Virus record (IMG/VR): IMGVR_UViG_3300037461_001096
Coordinates: 75,068 to 139,067 of that record
DNA length: 64,000 nucleotides
Strand: one strand, 5' to 3'
Source: a virus
In this document: positions 1 to 9,474 of the stretch, in pieces
Layout of the letters: every line of letters begins with the position of its first letter
Position numbering within the stretch: position 1 is the first letter of the stretch
Made by a program: the position numbers and the translations under genes
The notes under the pieces: model-generated
The model's database searches: none
What the model saw: only the letters and a program-made list of their open reading frames with translations
What the model was told of the DNA's origin: nothing

Positions 1-392
1 GGTGTATGGCCTTCCTGCTTAATAGCATAACTCCACGAGTCTACCCATTCACACGTCTTTTCGTTCGAAGCATTATGGCCGTTAAGGTTCAACCAAACTG
101 TCATCGGGGGCAGCTTCAATTTATCGATTGTGATTAGTGCAATGTTTGCGTCTTGAGCCCCAACACTTGAACTTGGAACCCAACCTGGGGCTCTAAATGG
201 AGTAGAAATCATTAGCCCTAGGCCCGAGTTAATAATCGTGGCAACTTCATCATTTGTTAGCCCGTACTTCCCATGAAGATGTCGTACAACAAAGGAAACA
301 TGTGAAACTCGAAGCATGTTACAGGCTGAAGCATCGAGCCTGCACACTGTATCAATTCCAACTGACGGTGGATTTACTGGTTTAACTTGCAT
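1..392 (-). CDS. Hypothetical protein, partial (runs off window start)
   Basis: Not in the ORF track. ATG at 392 with GGAG upstream, open frame MQVKPVNPPSVGIDTVCRLD... through to base 1. Confidence 0.7.
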   Translation of the reverse strand, partial: MQVKPVNPPSVGIDTVCRLDASACNMLRVSHVSFVVRHLHGKYGLTNDEVATIINSGLGLMISTPFRAPGWVPSSSVGAQDANIALITIDKLKLPPMTVWLNLNGHNASNEKTCEWVDSWSYAIKQEGHT

Positions 393-419
393 GTTGTCTC
401 CGTATTTCTAACGATTATG

Positions 420-437
420 GTCACACTCCAGTGTAAC
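420..437. promoter_or_regulatory. Imperfect palindrome, operator-like
   Basis: GTCACACT-CC-AGTGTAAC, 8-bp arms with one mismatch; on the minus strand it lies just upstream of a CATAAT (-10-like) and the 392 start. Confidence 0.35.
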
Positions 438-475
438 TAAGCAATAACACAAGTCTACATTCCGTTTTTACAGCA

Positions 476-799
476 TTAAGTTAGCATCACTTCTTCGATT
501 AAAACAACCTCGCATCCATTCATCGGGTGTGATCCTCCATATGTGATAGCCGAGCATTTTGGGCATCTATATACCATAACTGCCATGTGCTTACTAGGCC
601 CTTTTGCACTTAATTTAAATTTATTCTTTGAGACTAGACTAACCTCCACTTCGGCCAGATTGACAAAGTCTTCGACTGCCATACACGCATCGACAAATGC
701 CTGCTTTAGTGGCGTATCGATACCGTTTCCAGTAAGACCTGGAGCGATGTCGATGTCTGATTTATACTTGCGATTCCAAAATTTACCGTTGAATTTCAT
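476..799 (-). CDS. Hypothetical protein with C-terminal CxxC/HxxxxC zinc-ribbon-like motif
   Basis: ORF 476..853; better start ATG 799 (MKFNGKF) preceded by AGAGG; motif CPKC...HPMNGC. Confidence 0.7.
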   Translation of the reverse strand: MKFNGKFWNRKYKSDIDIAPGLTGNGIDTPLKQAFVDACMAVEDFVNLAEVEVSLVSKNKFKLSAKGPSKHMAVMVYRCPKCSAITYGGSHPMNGCEVVLIEEVMLT

Positions 800-840
800 G
801 CCTCTGTCTACTTGTGATAGGCTAAAATTTACGGCTAAAT

Positions 841-851
841 CACGAGATCTC
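841..851 (+). repeat. Direct repeat copy 1 (CACGAGATCTC), putative target-site duplication
   Basis: Identical 11-mer at 2619..2629; lies 6 nt beyond the stop codon of the nuclease-Mom gene. Confidence 0.75.
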
Positions 852-857
852 AAATTG

Positions 858-2621
858 TCATTTGTTCAGCAGATCACACCATCTCCATCTGGTTTTTCCA
901 TAATCCCAGATTTTTGTATATCCCTGGTTTCTTCTAAAACTGTTTTCAGTTTCATAACATCCTTCCGGCTTTCTAAGTGATGACTTGTGGTGTCTAACTC
1001 TATTTTTCACCCAATAGTAATCAGGACGTATTTGACCATCGTTACGAAATCCCATTAGCTCATAAACACGACCCGTAAACAGCCTGTTATCCGAAAATGT
1101 TATTATCGACTGTACGCCATTTGATTTCGTAAACAATTGCAAAATTTTAGACCAAATACCATGTACATGATATTTGGGGTTCATAGCCATTCTTGAGATT
1201 TCATATTCGCCAAAGCATTTCTGGCGCACAGGCTTACGGAATGAAATACACCCTATCAACTCTTCGGCGTGAAAAACTCCGTAGTGAATCGAAGATGGTG
1301 CACCGCCAATATAATGGAATTGTTCATAAAACTCGAAGGCATACTTGGCAGAAAGTACTTTAATAACACAATTGTTTGGACGAATTTTCTTAGGTTTATT
1401 GCAGCCAAGTCTATTGGCTATGATTGACTTCATTATATCGCATTTCTTTTCCCATTCATCTTCAAACAAAACGATTATGTTATATCCGTTTTCTTTCGCC
1501 AATGCGAATTTTCTGGCATCCCTTTGACGGGATAAGACCCCGGAGTGCCATCTCAAACCATTGAGTTCTATAAGCAATTTTTTGTCTGGAATGGCTATAT
1601 CGTACGGGACACCATTCACCAAAAATTCACATATAACATTTTCCCCGATAGATTTTATGAACTCTGCCAACTGTCGATTCCACCTGGGAATCGTGTCATT
1701 CGTACACCCACATGTGAGTGAAATACCACGTTTTATGGAGTGAAGGTACGGACGATATGTGTTTGAACAAGCTGGACAGATTGCCTTAAATGAGTCCGTT
1801 GTGTTGAAAACCACTTCTAATGGAACAACACCTCCAGGAGGAAAATCAGCTTTTGAAGCCGGGCATTTTATACCACGGATCTTCTCTTTGTTTTCTTCAT
1901 ACCATAAATCAACCAGAGTATGACACAGCCCACACTTTGTGGTAACGCGTCTAGTTATACTACCTATTTGAATGTTCTTAACGACGCCACAACGACACTT
2001 AAAAGGAAGTTTTTTCTTGCTTCCTGGTGACACAGTCGCTGATTCGCCATAATAAGTGAAATCAAAATACTCTTGACCGTGTTCGAGAAAGATTTCGTTG
2101 CATCTCCCACAAGTTTTGGCTAGTCCAGTAGTAACTGTTCTTATCGATCTCTCACTAGACTTACCGCATTTACACTGAAACAATAGTTTATTCGGAGAAT
2201 TTGCAAACACTTCAACAGTTTGACCTAGATACTTAAATCCAAAATATTCGTCGCCGTGTTTCAACGAGATTTTTGAACATTTACCACAGCTTCTGATTTT
2301 ACCATTGAAAACGAGTTTTGCCTGGACTGTCTTATCATTTCCACACGAACATCTGAACTGAATTAATTTATTACTACCAGCACTTATCTTGATATCCTGT
2401 CCGAGGTATGCCAGACTTCCGTACGTGTCTTTGTGTTTTAAAGTCACGTCATTGCAATGACCACATGTTTTCTGGCCATTTGATATATTGGCCACTTTTG
2501 CGGTAAACACGTGACCACACATACACTTAAATAACAGTTTTTTAGAACTCTTCGGATTTATTTCTATCGGATCTCCAACATAGGAGAAGTTTCCATACGT
2601 TATACTATGAGTCAAACGCAC
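858..2621 (-). CDS. Zinc-ribbon-repeat + PD-(D/E)xK (Vsr/DUF559-like) endonuclease + Mom-like GNAT domain (Hef-like homing endonuclease)
   Basis: Five CxC/CxxC...CGxC units; nuclease motif YDIAIPDKKLLIELNGLRWHS; C-terminal FHYIG..EISRM..TFSDNRLFTGRVYELMGF..PDYYW..IWDYGK. Likely GTG start at 2621 (track start 2696 overlaps the helicase). Confidence 0.8.
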   Translation of the reverse strand: MRLTHSITYGNFSYVGDPIEINPKSSKKLLFKCMCGHVFTAKVANISNGQKTCGHCNDVTLKHKDTYGSLAYLGQDIKISAGSNKLIQFRCSCGNDKTVQAKLVFNGKIRSCGKCSKISLKHGDEYFGFKYLGQTVEVFANSPNKLLFQCKCGKSSERSIRTVTTGLAKTCGRCNEIFLEHGQEYFDFTYYGESATVSPGSKKKLPFKCRCGVVKNIQIGSITRRVTTKCGLCHTLVDLWYEENKEKIRGIKCPASKADFPPGGVVPLEVVFNTTDSFKAICPACSNTYRPYLHSIKRGISLTCGCTNDTIPRWNRQLAEFIKSIGENVICEFLVNGVPYDIAIPDKKLLIELNGLRWHSGVLSRQRDARKFALAKENGYNIIVLFEDEWEKKCDIMKSIIANRLGCNKPKKIRPNNCVIKVLSAKYAFEFYEQFHYIGGAPSSIHYGVFHAEELIGCISFRKPVRQKCFGEYEISRMAMNPKYHVHGIWSKILQLFTKSNGVQSIITFSDNRLFTGRVYELMGFRNDGQIRPDYYWVKNRVRHHKSSLRKPEGCYETENSFRRNQGYTKIWDYGKTRWRWCDLLNK

Positions 2622-2629
2622 GAGATCTC
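2619..2629 (+). repeat. Direct repeat copy 2 (CACGAGATCTC); contains the probable GTG start
   Basis: Identical to 841..851; 2 nt after the helicase TAG on the minus strand. Confidence 0.75.
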
Positions 2630-2631
2630 TT

Positions 2632-5600
2632 CTAGATAAATAGGTCTTGTGTTTGAAGAGTGGAAATGAAATTTGACGCTGACACAATGCTATCATTGTT
2701 TATATCGATGAGCATGGATTCAATAGCTCTCATGCGTTTTGACATCCAAAAAATCTTGCCGATCATACGCTCGAATATGGGATTGTCTCTGTTTTTCAGA
2801 TTACCCATGTAAAATTTCCCCTCCTTGCGGAGTTGATCATTTAGATAAGTCCAAGTAATGACATCAGCGCTTTTCTCACAGTTGTGGGAAAAGAAACCAC
2901 CAGTCGAGTACTCATGATCGCCGGTCACTTCCAGGTCGAAAACTCGTCCGCTCCCAAATTTTTCAATGGAAGCAATTCGATGCGGTCTCATTTTGGTGGC
3001 CAGTGTCCGCAATTCTGAAACATCATTTCCGCCGACGTCATTTATGGTATTTAGTGTTTCCATGAAGGCATTGTGTGGAACATGATCATTGTCACTGTTC
3101 AAAACACGGTTGGTTTTCCTCGTGAACTGTCCTTGGTGCTTCGCACACACAGCACGTAGCGTTGATCCAACAGGCCATGATGTCGTGTTTTCAGCCTTGG
3201 TCAATGCTGAAAACTTATATACAAACTCCATCAGTTTTTCTTGTTTGCTTGGCTCAGTAAATCCAACTAACCTAGCAAACAACTCTCTCGAGTTGTGCGA
3301 TCTGATTCTGAGACATGCTTCATCGGATTTTTTACTATTTAAGGAGGCTCGTTTGTCATAAACGGTGGTTTCAATTCCAAGCTTGGCGAACAACAATTGC
3401 AGTTGCAACAGGGTGGGTTTCATTTCGTTTCTTAAACCAATATTCACAATTCCTTGTGAACTCACACACCCATAAGTATCCATGATGCCTTGAATGAAAG
3501 TAATTACCATCGACCTTGGCGCTTGCAGAATGACCAAGGGAATGCCTGGTCGGCGGTTCACACTGCGCACAAACACCCCATCGCCTGCATGCGCACCCAT
3601 CAGGTATGCAAGCTGTTCTGTAAGCTTGGACTGTGTAGAGAAAGAATGCTCGCCATGCTGGACTTCCAATGGCGGAAGGTCTGGTGATTCAATTGGGAAT
3701 TGGTTGTTATCGAAATCTGTCAGAATCATGTCTCCCAGTTGCATATCACTTACCTGTGCCCAAACAATTTTGCCATTCACCAGAGACCTGAATCTGTGCG
3801 ATCCTGTAACAACCGCTTCTTGACCTCTATTTGTTTTGAGTTTGAAAACTTCCCTAACTCCATTGTCGAAGCAATTCAAGACCTCTTTCCACCCTGTGGA
3901 ACTCCACACTCGGTGGACCCCTGGCTTTATCCGCTCTATCGGCACAAGGCCAAGCTGCGTTTGCACAAGCGTTCCTTCAATGTTACATTCATTGGCGTAG
4001 CTTATGGCGGCCATATCATAACGACCGTCATTTTTGTCGGCCCTAAGTTTACCCTGCCGGTTCATTTGAAATAGAGCAAGGACTGGCACACCTCGACCTC
4101 TGGCAAAATTTAGAGCCATCAGACGTCCATCACGCACAACAGCATTCTGGGTTGTCACAAAGTCTGATGTGCGATGGCGAGGTTTCACTAGCCCCAAGTG
4201 GTCAATAACCACTCCGTCGCAGCCCCATTTATTATGAAACATTTCAGCTTTGCGTCGGATCTCTAATATTCCGGCTTCATCTGGAGGACGCCATACGAAA
4301 AGCTTTCCCTTGGACGTTGCTTTAAAATCTTGTGCTACCTTCTTTAAACGTTCTTTATCCCTTGGGGAGAGCTCACCATCCCGCACTCTCCTATAATCAA
4401 GGCCAGTATATCTACGTTCTGGAGGAATTCCAATTCGTTCATCCTCCTTCCACCATTCTGTCACAAATTTTCCATGTGATGAATGGATAACATATAGCTG
4501 ACGTCGAAGTTGCTTGTATGGCATTTCAAGAATGGCATAAAAAATGTTTTTTCCATACACATATGCGTTATTATATGCATAGTTCAAAGCCAGGCTAGTG
4601 TTGTGAGTGATAATGTCGTCAACCACGAAAGAATGATGTTCTGGCACAGACATATCATATGTCATTTGTCTGCCCTTAGAAGCTATCGTACGGATTCTTT
4701 CCCAGCAGATGTCATTGTCAGCAGCGTTGCATGACTGCTGAGACACTGCAGGATGCATACCGGGCAAGGACGAGTGTGGGTTGTCATCCACAGAGTGTAG
4801 GCTGTTTGCTATTGAATCTGACTCATTTTGCTCGATTATATACGGTGTTAAAGTCAAAAACCTTCTTTTAGACTGTGTCTCAACTATTTTGACAATCCAA
4901 ACTGGACAAGATTTCCCGTTATACTTAATCTTATGACTTGTGATTGTCGATTTGATGCCTAAACGTAAAAGCAATGACTGTATGTCCACACATAGACCAT
5001 GCGATGCAGAATAATATTTTAAACCATTACGTTTATTCAAACTGACACGAGACCATAGAGCTCTGAGTAACAATATCACCTGATGTTCTGGTAATCCAAA
5101 GAATTCATCTGGTACACGCCTAAGACATCCTCCAGTTATCTCCACTTCCATATCCGTAAATTGCTCATTTGGATCCGGGACTAACATACTGCATGGTACG
5201 GCCACCAAATCACCCGGAGACAATTTGCCCAGGTATTTCCACCCATCAGGCGTCCAGAAACCATGGTTATTTGTGACTGTTGTAGCACGCCCCGATTCCA
5301 GTTTCACTTCATACACGTGTCTCACGCCATTTTGTAATACATGAGACACACGCGCCTGAACAAGTTTTGGTTCAGCACCTTCCTTATATAATGCTGTAAC
5401 GACAGGCATATCACCGGATTCAAACACCTCATCCATACGTCTACGCCGTTTAGCAGCATGATCGTAAATAATGGAAGATCCCGCTACGCATTTGAGCTCG
5501 CCTGCGAAAGCTGTGTGAATCCAGTATTCACCCTGACGGTGCCCCCGGCAAACCGCATCAACAGGTTCAAGACCGAATAGATTCCGACCCGCGTATTTGT

Positions 5601-6147
5601 CCGTCTTTTCTACAGTGTCGTATTCTTGAAGAATTTCTTCGGCATCGTCTGTCACTACACCTTCAAGTTTTTCACCCCCTTCAACTCTGGTGAAATCATG
5701 AAGTTTATCATAGACAAACCCAACAGCGTCTGTTATACCTTTTAAGACCTTCTTTCCATTCACAGGTTTATCAAGATTTCGTCCATGTTCAGCAACAACC
5801 GAGGCGTCGCGCATGAGAAGCATGAAATTTTTTACTTGTTGTTTATCCTCCTCGGCTCTGACAATGGCAAGATAATTTGTCCCAATAAATGGCTGGGCAT
5901 TCTTAATCTCGTCAAGCCGTGTCACGGCTTCTATGTTATCTTCTTTTTCGAAGAATTCACGGACGATCCCGAAATCTGGCGGGGCCGCCATTTGCCCATA
6001 AAATTTTCGAATATACTCCCAAATCGCTTTATCCTCAACAGAGGAAAAATCAATAACATGTTCTTGAAGTTTGTTCCAATTCTTCAAACAGTCTTCAGCA
6101 TCTGGAACAGTTCCGACTTGCATTAAGCTTCTCAGTATTCGATCCAA
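2632..6147 (-). CDS. dnaB: Replicative DnaB-like helicase with two inteins (about 505 aa after splicing)
   Basis: Walker A AGELK|T, ILEM, VVIDHLGLV, LFQMNR, YANE|CEKSAD, LKNRD motifs of SF4 helicases. Confidence 0.9.
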   Translation of the reverse strand: MDRILRSLMQVGTVPDAEDCLKNWNKLQEHVIDFSSVEDKAIWEYIRKFYGQMAAPPDFGIVREFFEKEDNIEAVTRLDEIKNAQPFIGTNYLAIVRAEEDKQQVKNFMLLMRDASVVAEHGRNLDKPVNGKKVLKGITDAVGFVYDKLHDFTRVEGGEKLEGVVTDDAEEILQEYDTVEKTDKYAGRNLFGLEPVDAVCRGHRQGEYWIHTAFAGELKCVAGSSIIYDHAAKRRRRMDEVFESGDMPVVTALYKEGAEPKLVQARVSHVLQNGVRHVYEVKLESGRATTVTNNHGFWTPDGWKYLGKLSPGDLVAVPCSMLVPDPNEQFTDMEVEITGGCLRRVPDEFFGLPEHQVILLLRALWSRVSLNKRNGLKYYSASHGLCVDIQSLLLRLGIKSTITSHKIKYNGKSCPVWIVKIVETQSKRRFLTLTPYIIEQNESDSIANSLHSVDDNPHSSLPGMHPAVSQQSCNAADNDICWERIRTIASKGRQMTYDMSVPEHHSFVVDDIITHNTSLALNYAYNNAYVYGKNIFYAILEMPYKQLRRQLYVIHSSHGKFVTEWWKEDERIGIPPERRYTGLDYRRVRDGELSPRDKERLKKVAQDFKATSKGKLFVWRPPDEAGILEIRRKAEMFHNKWGCDGVVIDHLGLVKPRHRTSDFVTTQNAVVRDGRLMALNFARGRGVPVLALFQMNRQGKLRADKNDGRYDMAAISYANECNIEGTLVQTQLGLVPIERIKPGVHRVWSSTGWKEVLNCFDNGVREVFKLKTNRGQEAVVTGSHRFRSLVNGKIVWAQVSDMQLGDMILTDFDNNQFPIESPDLPPLEVQHGEHSFSTQSKLTEQLAYLMGAHAGDGVFVRSVNRRPGIPLVILQAPRSMVITFIQGIMDTYGCVSSQGIVNIGLRNEMKPTLLQLQLLFAKLGIETTVYDKRASLNSKKSDEACLRIRSHNSRELFARLVGFTEPSKQEKLMEFVYKFSALTKAENTTSWPVGSTLRAVCAKHQGQFTRKTNRVLNSDNDHVPHNAFMETLNTINDVGGNDVSELRTLATKMRPHRIASIEKFGSGRVFDLEVTGDHEYSTGGFFSHNCEKSADVITWTYLNDQLRKEGKFYMGNLKNRDNPIFERMIGKIFWMSKRMRAIESMLIDINNDSIVSASNFISTLQTQDLFI
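2881..3987 (-). mobile_element. Intein 2 in DnaB (369 aa), degenerate LAGLIDADG endonuclease
   Basis: Starts CNIEGTLV, block B VTGSHRF, LAYLMGAHAGDG and FIQGIMDTYG motifs, ends VFDLEV...FSHN followed by Cys. Confidence 0.9.
4600..5490 (-). mobile_element. Intein 1 in DnaB Walker A (297 aa), partial LAGLIDADG remnant
   Basis: Starts CVAGSSII, block B VTNNHGF, ends TYDMSVPEHHSFVVDDIITHN followed by Thr of the P-loop. Confidence 0.92.
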
Positions 6148-6155
6148 ATTATCCC

Positions 6156-6947
6156 CTATTCTCTACCGAAATTTTTCTTTTTATTTATGCCTGACCCGTA
6201 TATTGATAAGTTGAAATTATCGTCATTATCAACGGTAGGTAGATCTTTTGGTTTAGGTTTTATCCGCTTTTTTGTGGAATCAGGTGTGGTAATAGGGCTT
6301 TCCGGTTCTGACTGACTAGACCCAACGGGGGCGAGGTCAAATAAACCAGTTGTTTGACCTCGTGGTAAAATTGGGGATATCCGAATTTTTGGGAAAATTT
6401 CGATTAGGTCCCACAGGGATTCTGAATAAGCTGGACTGTTAGATATGAAAGGTCTGTCCATATCAGACACAAGCCAAGTCGGTTTGTCCTGATCTGAACG
6501 AATAACCAGTGCTTCTTCAAGTGCGCCAGCGGCTGCCTTATTTGGCCTAGTTATAGCATTTAGACGAATTACAGCCAACCCGGGGGGCCCTATGAAGTCC
6601 CCAACATTCTCAAAAGAGACTTCGTTTTCACTCCTACTCTTTTTGGACATATTCCCAACATAAGCATGCAGAATTTCATTATCAGAAGTCACACGCACAA
6701 ACAGATTCACATGACGAAGCATAACGGCCTTCACAATTGCCTTCATATCCGCCCACATGGCCAGTATAAACAAAGACTTGCAAGTCTGGTCATGAAGCTT
6801 CGGTGTCAAATGCTCAGGACGAAGCTCGGCAATTCTTATATAGGGAGGCATAGATGCAGCCCGACGCCGCAAAAGAGCACAAATACATTCATATAGCTTG
6901 CCGTCTTTTTCCAGAATCCCAGATCCATTGCATTTGCACCCTTCCAT
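6156..6947 (-). CDS. DnaC/IstB-like helicase loader homolog, degenerate ATPase motifs
   Basis: N-terminal CKCNGSG...ECIC zinc motif, LEEALVIRSDQDKPTWLVSD resembling DnaC R...PTIITSN; adjacent to dnaB; ATG at 6947. Confidence 0.55.
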   Translation of the reverse strand: MEGCKCNGSGILEKDGKLYECICALLRRRAASMPPYIRIAELRPEHLTPKLHDQTCKSLFILAMWADMKAIVKAVMLRHVNLFVRVTSDNEILHAYVGNMSKKSRSENEVSFENVGDFIGPPGLAVIRLNAITRPNKAAAGALEEALVIRSDQDKPTWLVSDMDRPFISNSPAYSESLWDLIEIFPKIRISPILPRGQTTGLFDLAPVGSSQSEPESPITTPDSTKKRIKPKPKDLPTVDNDDNFNLSIYGSGINKKKNFGRE

Positions 6948-6948
6948 A

Positions 6949-9054
6949 TTAAATTTCAATCTCTGACAAATCTACAGTTGCGGCTTTCGCTTCGAATGGG
7001 TCTTCCTGGGGCTCGGAAGGGGCTTTCCCGATGCTTTTTACCTTCGAAGCTGGTTTAGCCTTCGCTGAAAAATTTGGAAGCTTCGAGGGGTTTTTTTGAC
7101 CTTCCTTTATCATAGATACTAACTCCATGGCGTCATCTTCGGGTACAAATTCAAGCCCTCCTTTTAGCCCCTCCCCGGCTACTTTGTCAGCTAATGCCTT
7201 CTTAGATTTGAGCTTCTTAATAACATAGTGATCTATGGTCTTACGGCCGTCTTTTCTCACCCCAACCAAATGTGTAGCAACTGTCATTGAGTGTTTACTT
7301 CCAATGCGGATCATACGACCAATGAGCTGCAAATAAGTCCCCCATGACCATGGAGAATCCAATAGAACAAAATGCTCAGCTGCTTGTAGATTAATAGACT
7401 CCGATCCGGCTTCCGTAATTAGAATAACATCTACTTCAGACTTTGGATCTTGAAAAATCTTCTTAGCCTTCTCTCGATCTGAGGATTGCTTTTCTTTTCC
7501 AGTAATCCTGACACACCGGATGCTTCTATCCTTCAAAGCCTGCTCAGTCAGAGAGATCATGCGCTCAAAACGGGAGAACACAATCACCTTTGCTCCATCG
7601 AGCTCATTTTCTAGCATCTCAAGCAGTGTTTGTATCTTGGGTGACTTTCCTTCCCACGGTTTCCCGTCACTATCATTCAAAAGGTTTGGCGCATCCACTG
7701 CCTCCTGGACAAAAGTCATGGCGCCTAAGACAGCTGCTGGGGACTCGTCTGGATCAGCGTCTTTGGCAAGCAAACCGGCTTCAGTCAAATCATATAACTC
7801 TTCCTGCAAATCTGTCAATTCACATTGAAGTTCTCGAGTAACTAAACGTGGGAGTTCAGTGGCTACGTCGTATTTTCGTCGCGAAAGATAAAACGGCTCT
7901 ATATTTCGTACGAATTTATCAAGATTCTTATATCCAACTACAATCGGAACAGAACGGCCGCCCCCGATACGTTGAAGCTTAGTAATACAAAATTCATTTT
8001 GAAACCATGTAACTCTCGGAAATAACCCGGGAACGACTATACGAAAAATGGAGAAGAACTCCATAAGACGATTCTTCACTGGAGTTGCCGTTAGGCCATA
8101 CACGCGTTCACAACATTTAGCAAGGTCTGCCGCAGCAGTATGTATTTTGCCCCTGTGGTTCTTAACCACGTGAGCCTCGTCCATAACGAGCATGAGCTTG
8201 GCTTCTGGATGCTGAGCTTGAAAAGCGCGAATATGACCAATAATACCCATAGAGATAACTGTGGGGTGTACAAGTTCTTCAAGTCTAGCAGCCTCTTTTT
8301 TCCAGATGGCTTCTGTACTAAGCAGCTTTGTCATGCGCTCAACTTGTTGTTCATCTTTATCATTCCATCCATTAGGACAGGTTGGTCTTGATTTTATACC
8401 TATTGCAGTGGATGTTTTTGCATAGTCCCAAATCTCAAAGGGTCTGGTATTGAACCAAGATTCAAAATCTGTATATGCTCCTGAGATTGCTGTCTTTGCT
8501 TCCTTCAAAATTTTGCGCAGCCTGGAAAGCTCTTTTTTATCTGCTACAGACGCCTTGTGATCAGATTTTCGAATCACAGATTCCTGCGCATCTTTTAGCA
8601 AGGCGTCGTATGTCATAATTAGGAGATGTTTTGCTGACCCATAACTTTCAAAAAATTTCGTATAAGTTTCATCTCGTTCATATGGCCCACCGTCTACCGT
8701 AACAGCCTCCATATCTTGAAGGAATTTTTTAGTCTCTGCTTCCCACTGATATAAAGAAGATTTCTTTGTTATAACAATTGGTACGTACTCGGGCTCTTTT
8801 AGCCACACATAACCTATTGCACCCAAAACTTCTAGCGTTTTACCCAGTCCAGTGTCGTCTGAGACTACCATGCGTGGCGACATCAGCAGGTTCATGATGC
8901 CGATTTTTTGATAATTTCTAACATTGACCGGAATTTCGACACCGTCATCGTCTATGTACTTGCTCTTCAAGAACGGGGAAGGCTTTAGGTTGATGTCCTT
9001 CATACTGCGTAATTTACGCAGTTCTTCCAGCATTTTAACTTCATTTGGCGTCAT
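6949..9054 (-). CDS. SNF2-family (SF2) helicase/ATPase
   Basis: DDTGLGKT, MDEAH, LTATPVKNRLME, KVIVFSRF, ESINLQAA, QLIGRMIRIG. Confidence 0.92.
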   Translation of the reverse strand: MTPNEVKMLEELRKLRSMKDINLKPSPFLKSKYIDDDGVEIPVNVRNYQKIGIMNLLMSPRMVVSDDTGLGKTLEVLGAIGYVWLKEPEYVPIVITKKSSLYQWEAETKKFLQDMEAVTVDGGPYERDETYTKFFESYGSAKHLLIMTYDALLKDAQESVIRKSDHKASVADKKELSRLRKILKEAKTAISGAYTDFESWFNTRPFEIWDYAKTSTAIGIKSRPTCPNGWNDKDEQQVERMTKLLSTEAIWKKEAARLEELVHPTVISMGIIGHIRAFQAQHPEAKLMLVMDEAHVVKNHRGKIHTAAADLAKCCERVYGLTATPVKNRLMEFFSIFRIVVPGLFPRVTWFQNEFCITKLQRIGGGRSVPIVVGYKNLDKFVRNIEPFYLSRRKYDVATELPRLVTRELQCELTDLQEELYDLTEAGLLAKDADPDESPAAVLGAMTFVQEAVDAPNLLNDSDGKPWEGKSPKIQTLLEMLENELDGAKVIVFSRFERMISLTEQALKDRSIRCVRITGKEKQSSDREKAKKIFQDPKSEVDVILITEAGSESINLQAAEHFVLLDSPWSWGTYLQLIGRMIRIGSKHSMTVATHLVGVRKDGRKTIDHYVIKKLKSKKALADKVAGEGLKGGLEFVPEDDAMELVSMIKEGQKNPSKLPNFSAKAKPASKVKSIGKAPSEPQEDPFEAKAATVDLSEIEI

Positions 9055-9152
9055 ATTAGTCTTTGGTTGTATTTTATGAACGCAAAACCAAACATAAGGT
9101 CAAGCATCAAATGATAATTAAACATGAGGCATAGACAGCCCCTGGGGAACAT

Positions 9153-9374
9153 TCACATCATACGCTGTTCATTTATCAATTCATTACACAAAAGACATAG
9201 GTCACAATCAATATCACACCACGCTGTGGCCCCACATTTCGGGCAGGTTATTATATATCTGGCCACAAACGCTGCAATCTCATGTGCCGTTATGTCTGCG
9301 ATGAGCTGCGCATCTGGTGCATTGGATAAAGCGTGTTTCAATATTTTTATTGCAGTTTTCTCTGGGTCATTCAT
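9153..9374 (-). CDS. Small Cys-rich (zinc-finger-like) protein
   Basis: 73 aa with CPKC, CxxxC, CLLC; AAGGG upstream. Confidence 0.6.
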   Translation of the reverse strand: MNDPEKTAIKILKHALSNAPDAQLIADITAHEIAAFVARYIITCPKCGATAWCDIDCDLCLLCNELINEQRMM

Positions 9375-9474
9375 GGATCTATCCCTTGTTACACTAGGCT
9401 TTGCTTATTCCCGTGCAGTATCGTAACAGACCTGACCGTTTTATGCCAGGATCCCGTGTTGAACGTATTAATGC

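Larger units (their letters stand above)
841..2629 (-). mobile_element. Putative inserted nuclease/Mom-like cassette A flanked by 11-bp direct repeats
   Basis: Single gene exactly bracketed by CACGAGATCTC repeats, located right after the helicase stop codon. Confidence 0.55.

Noticed and set aside
2622-2696. ORF-track N-terminal extension of nuclease gene A (also extensions at 39547, 49786, 56643, 6959 and 853)
   Set aside because: They overlap upstream genes or lack an RBS; downstream starts fit better
8200-8586. Possible intein in the SNF2 helicase
   Set aside because: No Cys/Ser start, no TxxH block and no HN terminus
9070-9110. TTGACC...TAAAAT sigma70-like promoter before the SNF2 gene
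   Set aside because: Spacer is about 21 nt, too long
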